Assembly: GCA_977018835.1 (NCBI GenBank)
Contig: OZ361258.1
Span: 992,001 to 1,056,000 of the forward strand
DNA: 64,000 nt
DNA from: Minutocellus sp. GHC0000111
Taxonomy: Eukaryota
Direction of reading: 5' to 3'
The stretch's first letter is position 1. Every line of letters starts with the position of its first letter. A model generated the notes under the pieces. It was not told the DNA's origin and ran no database searches. It saw nothing but the letters and a program-made list of their open reading frames with translations. Positions 46,837 through 56,060 of the stretch are shown piece after piece. The position numbers and the translations under genes are program-made.

Positions 46837-48489
46837 ATGTTAATGCAAATGGCTGTTGCTGCTGCTGCCGCCACCGCAGCTGATGCGCCAGCATGTCGCC
46901 GCTCCCGTCGGTCCGGCAGCTCCATCCCATGCTTTGATTGTTTTGTCCATCGGAGCGGCACCATCGATGCCTCTACGATTCGTGGCAAGTCTCCTGGGAT
47001 GATCCAGACCATAGCGAACCGGGCATGGGCGGGCCTCTCACTTCAGAAACAGCAGGATATTGTGGAGCAAGCCCGAGAGGAGGAGCTGTGCTGTCCGAGC
47101 CAGACCGGTCCTGATCCGGCACAAGATGTGCCGATTTCTCAAATTCAAATTGCTCGGCGCAATTCGTCATCCAATAACGCCGATGCCAGCCCTGAGCCGA
47201 CGGTCGAGGACAATGCTGGCATCGCTGCTCGTCCTGGTGATGACAATGTTGAAGCTGGGGGCATCGCCGAGTCCATGGTGGTGGATGGAAGCGGCAACAG
47301 TGAAGAATCTGGCAATCCTGCCAGTGTCGGTGTTTCTGCTACCGGCACCGCCAATTCTGGTGGATCGACCGAGGAGAATTTGGATGTGCTGCTGGTTGAG
47401 GCCGAAGCGCAACACAAAGCTGCAGAGGAGGCTTTGAAAGGGCTAAGGGACTCCTTGAAACGAGAAAAGCGGAAGGATGAAAAGGCCATGGCCGATGCCG
47501 AGAAGAAAAGGAACAAAATGAAGGATGAGAACGGCAATTTACCGAATGGAAAGAAGCGAGTTCTCCTCGTGCATTGCGATGAGAAATGGTTCTGGGGTCT
47601 CGTCCTCCGAGCTTTTGCGAAGGCTTGCGAGGAAATCGGCGTGAAAAAGCGAGATTACGCGGCCTTTCACAGGAGCCACATCAACAAGGTCATGGCCATT
47701 GCATTTGTTGCCGCTGTCTTTGACGGTTCTCTTGAGAGTGGGTGCGAGGTTGTAAAACTGCCACTGGTACGAGCTCAAGCTCCTAAAATAGCGGAGCGAG
47801 CTCAGCACGAAGCAGCATCACAGCCTGATGGTTCAACACGGCACCCAAATACCAACCCCGATGGGACACCAAAGGAACCTCTTCGCCGGAAAGGAGAGTC
47901 GTTTCTTGTTGATTGTTGCGTTACTGGATCGAACGAAGGCACCAAAACGGATCCGAAATGCTCTTTGCTCCTCGTATTCAAGGAGACCATTTTCCCAGCG
48001 ATTCTCAACCTTGTCGGTCCGGGCAAGCAATACGAAGATTGCCATGTTATTATCCAGGGCGACCAGGCCGGGCCTCACGAGGACGGAGCCTTCACGCAAT
48101 TTGTTACTAACTTCTGTGCTGAGCAAGGCTGGACGTGGCAGCCACAGGCACCGCAGATGCCTCACGCCAACGTCCTTGACTTGAGCGTGTTCCCCGCGAT
48201 GAGCCGGCGGCACTCGGAATGGGCACGAAAAATGGTAGGCACCTCCGTCATTTCCACCGACCAGATCTGGGACACTGCCGAGGACGTTTACGATAGCATG
48301 CCTAACTGCAAAATTGCTTCGGCCTTCATTCAGTACTGGAGGATAATGGGCCTGGTGATTAAGGCCGGTGGTAGCAATGAGTTTGTTGGAAGGTTGGGTG
48401 ACGAAAACTTGCACACTGGAATTAGGATCGACTTCAACGAAACGGCCAAGGGGATGGAGCCCTCAGCTCGTCATCCTTCTAATAAATAG
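46837..48489 (+). CDS. DD38D transposase (unit 9; HCDEKWF, QYW)
   Basis: Variants at 47576 and 48335. Confidence 0.9.
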   Translation: MLMQMAVAAAAATAADAPACRRSRRSGSSIPCFDCFVHRSGTIDASTIRGKSPGMIQTIANRAWAGLSLQKQQDIVEQAREEELCCPSQTGPDPAQDVPISQIQIARRNSSSNNADASPEPTVEDNAGIAARPGDDNVEAGGIAESMVVDGSGNSEESGNPASVGVSATGTANSGGSTEENLDVLLVEAEAQHKAAEEALKGLRDSLKREKRKDEKAMADAEKKRNKMKDENGNLPNGKKRVLLVHCDEKWFWGLVLRAFAKACEEIGVKKRDYAAFHRSHINKVMAIAFVAAVFDGSLESGCEVVKLPLVRAQAPKIAERAQHEAASQPDGSTRHPNTNPDGTPKEPLRRKGESFLVDCCVTGSNEGTKTDPKCSLLLVFKETIFPAILNLVGPGKQYEDCHVIIQGDQAGPHEDGAFTQFVTNFCAEQGWTWQPQAPQMPHANVLDLSVFPAMSRRHSEWARKMVGTSVISTDQIWDTAEDVYDSMPNCKIASAFIQYWRIMGLVIKAGGSNEFVGRLGDENLHTGIRIDFNETAKGMEPSARHPSNK

Positions 48490-48584
48490 ATAGTGTTAAT
48501 GTCTTTACACATGTATTAAATAAATGTTACACGTCTACAAATTATTTATAGATCTACATGTAAGATGCAGCAGCATTGGTTTGT

Positions 48585-49727
48585 TTATGTCACGGTGGGC
48601 TTCTTTGTTCTTCTATTTCTACCGGTGTTCTTTTTTGCCTCCTTGGCCTTCTTATGATCATTAGAAAGCCACACAGCGTGGAGGGACTGACGAATCTTTC
48701 CGCGCTTCACACCATGTGCATCGGCAAGTTTGTTGTCAGTGAGGGCAGGGTGAGCAGTTGGTTGTTTACTCCCATCCTCATATCCCAACTTACATGCATC
48801 TAATGCAATCTTGTCAGTAGATAATGCAATAGAGAATTCTATTGTCTTGTTATCATACAATCCGAGTTCTCTGCTTCTCCACCCTTTCGGGTAGGCACCA
48901 CGACCCTCTCTTACTTGGCGATCGACTTCGATCATGCCTAGCACTGTGGTGACCGCGACCTCGCTACCCCAACCAGGAACTTGTTTGAAGGGGAGGTAGA
49001 CCCCTTTCTCTTTTCTTCTTGGTTCGGGCCTCTGACTACATGTGGGTGACTTGTAGTTCTTTATGTCTTGTGGTAGTGGTGCTTCTCCGTACGTCAAAAA
49101 GCACACAAGCCTCCGATGTTCCTCAACCTCTCGTTCAATCTGTCGTTCGGTTGGTTCGGTTGGAGGCAAGGGCTCCAAGATGGTAGGGGATGACAATTGA
49201 AGGTTGCTGAACGACGGGCATGAGCGGCTTGGGGTAAGAGCATACTGAGTATGAACTGACATTGGACTTGTTACCATGGGCGTGGCGGAGGGAAGGTCGA
49301 ATGAGCTCACGGGCTTTCTCCTCTCGCCGCTTGGCTTTGCGTCGGCGGTTGCTATGCTCATCTCTGAGAATGAATCATCTTCATCAGAATGAGATGAAAC
49401 GGTAGCGGTACCGCGAAAGTCGGCACGCAATATGTCATGATGCAAGTACTTCCTTGCTTGGGCTTGTTCGGCGGCGAAGCCATCCTCTTCGTTGTACTCG
49501 CGTCGATATTTCAACACACGAGGAGATGTGAGGTCTGACGATGCCGGTGGGACCCCTTGGTTGTCCTCCTCGTCATCGTTGTCCTTGTTCTCTCGATGCC
49601 GCGGATGTTCCGGCGTTTCGTTGGAAGTTTCCTTCTCATGGCGCGAGGGGCTGAATGCAGTCGCCTCGGCGCGTTTCGGTGGACGCGGTGGACTGAAGAT
49701 GTGTCCCTTTGGAGTATCCATGAGCAT
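48585..49727 (-). CDS. Transposon ORF2 (unit 9)
   Basis: As unit 4; in frame with the upstream host ORF (48585-50426). Confidence 0.65.
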   Translation of the reverse strand: MLMDTPKGHIFSPPRPPKRAEATAFSPSRHEKETSNETPEHPRHRENKDNDDEEDNQGVPPASSDLTSPRVLKYRREYNEEDGFAAEQAQARKYLHHDILRADFRGTATVSSHSDEDDSFSEMSIATADAKPSGERRKPVSSFDLPSATPMVTSPMSVHTQYALTPSRSCPSFSNLQLSSPTILEPLPPTEPTERQIEREVEEHRRLVCFLTYGEAPLPQDIKNYKSPTCSQRPEPRRKEKGVYLPFKQVPGWGSEVAVTTVLGMIEVDRQVREGRGAYPKGWRSRELGLYDNKTIEFSIALSTDKIALDACKLGYEDGSKQPTAHPALTDNKLADAHGVKRGKIRQSLHAVWLSNDHKKAKEAKKNTGRNRRTKKPTVT

Positions 49728-49920
49728 GGAAGCTTCTTGAAGCGCCAGTCGGCAGAAGTTGCCCAGTCTATTTGTGGTAATTGCTTGGAGGTCGTTGTTG
49801 ACGGATGTGTTTTGATTTGCTTGCTTTGCCGCGTGTTTTTCAAGGTGCGCGCAAACCGCCGTGTCGGAAAGTCCAAAGACCCAAAAAACCGGGTCCCCAA
49901 AAATGCTGTCCCGGACCTCG

Positions 49921-50620
49921 TAATTCCAACCCTCCTGATCCCCGAAACTAATAACTTCCGTATCTTCTTCTCCAATATCATGGATACTGTCACCGCCACC
50001 AGTAGAAACGCCAGACACAAAGTCAGGCTGAAGAATGGCCACGAACAATGGCAGGGCACAGATGAGAGCCCTCTTGGGAAAGAAGTATGCATGTATGGGT
50101 GTGCGCTGACGAATGACGGGCTGCTGTGGCTTGCCAGCAGGACGCAAAACGACCGTACTTGGAGTTCCTTTCGACTTGGTCGATCTGTCCTGGGCTTGAC
50201 CCACGAACTTGGCGGCGACGATGCAAATGATAATGATAAGCGTTGTACGCCACAGGAAAGACTGTTCGTCGTCGACGTCGTCGTCTGCTCCAAAATCAGG
50301 CAAAGTCAGAAACGATGCTACTTTGGTACTTGCGGCATTTACCATGGTGGAACAAGCTGCTTCAGGAAGAGAACAGGCGCGAGTCGGGCAACCACGAGTT
50401 GGACCATCACCGCTGCCACCGCCCACGACGAGGGTAGCACAAAAGGGGGAGAGACGTGTTCGTCGAGATGAAAGGGACCAGGAGGAGCTGGAATGGAGGC
50501 GGCCATCTGGCCGCCGCTAGCAGCAGCAGCCGCCGCGGCCAGAAGAAGGCCAAGCACCGCTGCTACCGCCGCCGAGGCAAGGGTGTTGCTGCGGAAGGGC
50601 ATGTCTATCGATCGGTTCAA
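49921..50620 (-). pseudogene. 5' portion of a host gene (secreted/membrane-like) interrupted by the array
   Basis: ORF from 50426 with two hydrophobic stretches runs into the TIR at ...QEGWNY; the TA target is part of the Tyr codon. A signal-peptide-like ORF at 50620-50339 lies upstream in another frame. Confidence 0.5.
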
Positions 50621-51481
50621 TGCAAGTTAAGGCGACGGAAGAAGCCGAAAGTTCGAAGAATGAAGAAGAGGCTGCAGGCCCCCACGCGCGCGTAGTACTA
50701 GTAGCTAGGGGCCTACTAGCTAGTAGCTCCTAGCTAGTGCATGCAGCTAAAGTAGGCCTACATGTACACTCATTCATTTTTCACTTTTTCACTTTCCTAC
50801 AGAGGCTGTACTTGTTGGTGTTTCATTTTTTCGATTCATTTTTTCACTTTCAATTCATCATTTTTTCACTTTGCTTCCTCGCATTTACTTCGTTGTGTTT
50901 CAAATTCGAAACGCCACGTCAAATTGTTCCGGGTGTCTTGTTCCCCAGTGTTCTCCAGCATCCGAAATGCTGGCAGGCCGGCCCTACGTGTACGTCTCAA
51001 CGTAATTCACGCCCGAATGAATGGGTCCAGACCGATGCCAATGACATATCTAGCTAGGCCTACCGACAAAGTCAAGGTTGCCGACGAGGACTCTGTGACA
51101 AGGTCCAAAGACCGTGGCGTCAAGGACCGTGGCGTCAAGGACCAAGCTGCTTTACGTCAAGAGAACCAGTCAGTTGTGTCTCTCTGTAAAACTGAACACG
51201 CTTCAACAATGGTGGAGAGCCCAGGAGACGATTTAGATTTTATTATTTTCTTTCATGCATCTTTGTACACACATTGCATTTAATTTAGAACTTCATCTCT
51301 CTTACGTGCATCTGTGCCTCCGATGCTGTGCAGCTAGCTGCTTGCATTGTGTTGTGCATGTAGTTGCCGAATGAATGACTGACTGACTACGCAACGAACT
51401 CCAAAGCAAAGATAGAGATGCTGTTTGTGCACAGTTGTGTGATGCTCTTGTAATTTCCTTTGTATTTTTTGTTACCAACCA

Positions 51482-52052
51482 TTAACGTTTTACACCAATG
51501 CTGGCCTTTTCGACAATGTCCTCACTGTCACCATCACGAGTACTAATCTTGGACTCGCACAATGTCTCGTGGTAAAAGTCTGGTCCAATGTTTGTGGCAG
51601 CATGGACTCTCGGGACAGGCCAGGGAAGCTCCATGCCAATGGGTTCCAGAAAGTCCCCAACGACCTTGAAACCCAGCACACCCTCCGCTCGAAAGTCAAA
51701 CAACCTTTCGCCAGATTCTCCGTACACCTCCAGCTGCGTCGGGGTGATGGCAACGAAGCGGCAGTCATGGTCGTGCCGATGCATGCTGGTCATTGCACCG
51801 GGAGCAAGCGCGCAAAGTTCCACATCCGCACCTCGTCGTCTTCGCACGTGATGGAGGAACCGACGTATCCGTCCACTTGACAGGGTTTGGATTGGTTGAT
51901 ATCATGTGAGGTTGTATCTATCTTGCATTCTGTTGTGTCGCCGAGTTCGCTTGCTAGTTGTCGCTGTTGCTTGCACAGGATGTGTGTCGATGCGAAAAAG
52001 ACACAACGGCAATGAAGAGGAGAAGGAGAGGGTGGACAACGGCTGGCTTCAT
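51482..52052 (-). pseudogene. Secreted cupin-like protein gene, two frameshifts
   Basis: Signal peptide MKPAVVHPLLLLFIAVVSFS; VGSSITCEDDEVRMWNF / LAPGAMTSMHRHDHD (cupin motif 1, HxH) and VPRVHAATNIG (motif 2). Frame changes near 51960-51990 and 51810. Confidence 0.7.
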
Positions 52053-52590
52053 GATTTTGTTTGTTATTATCAAATAAATTATGTGGAAAGTGGGAGGGCG
52101 AGGTAGCATTGGTACATGTAGCACGTATGTGAAGAGATGGGAGAGACACGATCGCGATTCAGGAAGAAAGCAAAAGTGCATGGCAAGGGCAAAGGGTTCG
52201 CACCAGCTGCTGCTGCGAACCGTAACCTTGAGCTTTCAAATTTTCGACGGGAGGTGCCGGCAGGCTTTGCTCCTGGGCGCGCAGCGGCAGCCGTTGATCC
52301 CCACTCATGACAATTGGTGCGCCATCACTATCCGCAAGCACCCGCGGAGCAGGCCCCACTCAACCCACTGCACCTCTCCAGCTGCCCATAGACTTGCCCT
52401 GGTGCATACCTCCAAAGTTTGGTCAACATAGGTGGCGTATCTTGAGCCCTTCACTGTCGGAGCTGCTTGTGCCGTTTTTAAGGCATTCCCACGAAAAACG
52501 AAAAGTAAGCCAAGGCCGCCATCGGCTGTGAAAGGAGCTTGTGGCAAGTCTCCACCACCTGCACCGTATAGTATCACATAGTACTGCAAA

Positions 52591-55398
52591 ATGCCCCTCG
52601 GACTCGGTTGGGAGAATCCAGATCCCGACGCCTCGTCGGGAATCGGCGGTGATGATGAGGCGACTGCCTCCCAGCAAGCATCGGCGCAAGCGGCTCCCGA
52701 GTCGGCACCAGCCAAGACTGCCGCCGCGTCGCCATCACGCAGCAGCAGCGGCAAGAAGAGCAGCGGTGGCAGCGGTACTCGGAGCGATGGGCGCAAGACC
52801 TCGACGACCAAGGGTGGGACCTCCAAACAGCAGAGGAAGAAATCGTCCAGGTCCGAAAAGAACAGCAAAAGCAGACACTCTGCGCCGTCACCTGCGTCAC
52901 CATCGTCCGGCGACGCCGACCGACCCGAACCAGTAGCAGCAATGGGCCCCGAAGCGGCCGAGGACGACGCGCCGAGTCCGCACAAGTCGTCGTCCCGGCG
53001 TCCCAGGAGCAGCGGCAGCAGACATCGGAGCAGTGCGGAGAGAAGCCGGAGCAATAATGCCAAAGAGCAGCAGTCTTCGTCGACTAGTCGAAGGACCAAG
53101 TCGGGAACACGTGCAGGCAGCAGCGGCAAACCTGGAAGGCCATCGTCGTCACCAAGGGCATCGCCGAGGGCATCACCGAATCGGGACCGGAACGGCAGCA
53201 GCAACCACAATACCAGCATGGACTCGGCCGTCGCGGCCGTGGCGGCGGCATCGGCAGCTGCTGCCGGTGGCGGTAGTGACGGACTCGTTGGGTCTCCGAC
53301 CGAAACTAACGAAACGAGGGAGACGTCGTATGATTCCTGGAGGGAGAATGGCAGCAACGAGGGTGGCGATGATATCGAGGCCGGTGGTGCGGCTTCTTCA
53401 CCTCGGCCGTCGTCGTCGCCGGCCAAGCGGTCTTACAAAGACAAGTCGAGCTCTGGAAGAGGTGGTCGTGGTAGCCGGTCCAAGAGTGCTGGCAAAAGCG
53501 GCAGTCCATCCAAGAGTAGCAGCGGTGGAAAGAAGGGCAGTAGCAGCGGCCGCCACCACAGTCGCAGCGGCAGAAGCAGCAGCAACCACCGCAACCATCG
53601 TTCCAGCAGCAGTAGGGGCCGATCGAGTAGCCGGCGTCATACCTCCCGTTCCCGGCGCAAGTATGACTACGTTAGCTGCTGTGGATGGGAGTGGAAGAAG
53701 ACCCACCTGCTGTTCCTGGCGGTGGCCCTCATTTTGCTCGCCGGCGGTGCCGTCGCGGCGCTGCTCTTCACGGGCATATTGGGCACCGGTGGCAGTTCCA
53801 GTCAGACAAGCGACTTCTCCAGCATTACCAACTCGCCGACGGCGGGTCCAACGACGGACGAGTTTCGCATGTCAAGTGGTGACGGTAGCCGACCGACTCC
53901 TCGCCCCACAATGCGTAGCAATGGCGGCAGCCCTTCCACTTCGGACCAGAACCAACCTGCTCCCGCACCCAGACCTACCGGCACTCCGATGCCAACCTCT
54001 TGTACGGAAACGACCGATCTATTCAAATACTTTGACGATTTCTGTGCCGTCGTTACTACCAACTGCAAAAAGGTAGCCCTGAGCACGGAGTCCAATGATG
54101 TGAAATGTCAGCGCACCGTGGTATTTGGTGGTGGATACTCTGTTCGGGATATGTGTCCGATCACCTGCGGTGGGTGTCTGTTCAAGCAGGGAAATGTTGA
54201 TAATGACGGACCGATGCCCACGGACAAACCGACGGCGTTCACTCTGGAGCCTACCCCGGCGCCAAAGCCCGTGGCGGTTCCTACGCTCGCCACTACATCA
54301 AATGGAGGAGCCAATCCCAGTGGAGAGTTTGACGGACACGAAACGTTCAGTTTTTATGTGATGGTGAGTATTCGACTGAGCGTATGATATCTCTATCTTC
54401 TTACCGTTTTTCACACATCACTTTTCATGCACGGCACTAACTGTACTTCTTCCTTCTCTCCCGTTACTTTCCATCGACAGGGGGATATTCCGTATATGTA
54501 TAGGCAGGATCTGACACTGATCGAGCAGCTTAAAGATCAGACGGATACCCTTGATCCCGAGGAGGAGATATTCCAGGTTCACGTTGGTGACATTCAGAAT
54601 CCCAAGCGAACCCAGTGCGCCTCGTCACACTTTGACAAAATTGCAGGCTACTTTAAGACTTATTCCAAGCTTCCCAACCTTATTCTTCCGGGAGATAATG
54701 ATTGGAACGATTGTCCCAATCCCGACCTCGCATGGCAGTACTGGCAATCAAATTTCGTTCCCTTTGAACAATACTGGTCAGATATTAGTGACTTTCCCGG
54801 TACAGTGATGCGACAATCCGGCCAACGAGAGAACTTTGCCTTCCAGAGAGGTGGTGTTTTGTTTTTGGGTCTCAACTTGGTCGGTGGCGCAACTAACGAG
54901 TATGTGACGGAGGAGGATTGGGACCGAAAGATCGACAATGATATCGCTTGGGCACAATTCCACATGGACAGGCTGAACGTGGGTTCTCCAAGAGCCGACC
55001 CAGCGGACAAGGACTATATTCGAGCAGTCATCATTTTCGGCCATTCCCCTCGTGGACGTCGGTTCAACAACTTCCTGATGCAGCGATTGTACAATAGCAA
55101 TCTGCCAGTTGTTTATCTGCATGGAAACGGCCATACGTATGAGGCAGTACAGCCGTTCTTGTCGGATGGATGGTCCAATTATTGGAGAATACAAGTCGAC
55201 CAGGGATTCAATGCTCCACCTGCCAAGGTGACGGTGAGAGGCACCACACGCGACGCCTTGCGCACTTTAATGAGCATCAACGGCGGTAAAATCTTCCCTG
55301 GCGGATTCATCAAGTTGGACCGACGAGGGGGACTTTACGAAGGTGCCGTGGCGACAGATGCCGATGGCAATCCTTTGATCTCCGGTGTGGGTGGTTAG
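52591..55398 (+). CDS. Type II membrane-anchored calcineurin-like metallophosphoesterase; intron 54364-54480
   Basis: Ser/Arg-rich N-terminus, single TM (LLFLAVALILLAGGAVAALLF), PT-rich stalk and Cys module (CPITCGGC), then FYVM|GDIPY, HVGD, PGDNDWND, FGH and HGNGH. Confidence 0.85.
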
Positions 55399-56060
55399 AA
55401 AACAGTGAGTCTGCACCGGCGAATGCCAGTGTTGAGCCTACATGTACCGACGACAAATACTTTTATTAAAGCCTACTGTAGAGCTATGACTGTAATCTTA
55501 TACGTTCTTATAATCTTATAGGAATTCCTATTGGCTCAAAAAGACTATCGTTCGCTACGTACTGGTGCCCTTACAAGGGACGGAATCTCACACTCATCGA
55601 AGCTGAAGAGCAAAAAACGGTGTCGGCGACATTTGTTACCATTTGCGTCACAAAGTCAAACAGCGTCGTCACTTACTTTCGACTGCGCGTCACCGTTTTA
55701 CAGCGCAGCCCTCGAAAGTCATGGTGGACACTGAAAATTTGCGCGCGAGCACAAACAAAAATGAAGTGATTGTAGCTGCGCCACCAAAGCAATTCTGTGA
55801 GTACAACGAAGGTCGTCAACTTTAGCAGCGAACCTCTCCTTTTGGACTTCGATTGATCATCGGCAACAAGCTGTGTCAGCTGTAAAGCGGTCTTTTTCTT
55901 CTTTCTCTGATTTCATACACGTAATCCGAACGCTTATTCTGAAGCCATTCACTCACTTCATTCTTCGTCAACTTCTTCATTTATTCATTTATTGGCTCAC
56001 ACATGCTTTGACTGCATCGTTGAATACCGCCAACCGCTACCGCTACTACTACATTGATAA

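Larger units (their letters stand above)
16689..49920 (+). repeat. Head-to-tail tandem array of a 3659-bp DNA transposon: 9 full units plus 1 partial
   Basis: Junction CG at 17011, 20669, 24326, 27983, 31635, 35292, 38949, 42606 and 46263; array ends at 49920. Periods are 3658, 3657, 3657, 3652, 3657, 3657, 3657, 3657 and 3656. Confidence 0.98.
46263..49920 (+). mobile_element. Tc1/mariner transposon, unit 9 (terminal; followed by TA target site at 49921-49922)
   Basis: Right TIR 49873-49920 ends GACCTCG, followed by TA and unique sequence. Confidence 0.93.

Noticed and set aside
16689..49920. Array as rDNA, CRISPR, viral/Polinton or Helitron repeat
   Set aside because: No rRNA, spacers, capsid, polymerase or HUH/helicase motifs; TIRs, TA and the DDD triad fit Tc1/mariner.
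51110..51143. 15-bp tandem duplication GACCGTGGCGTCAAG and surrounding short ORF
   Set aside because: Too short to assign; no recognisable gene.
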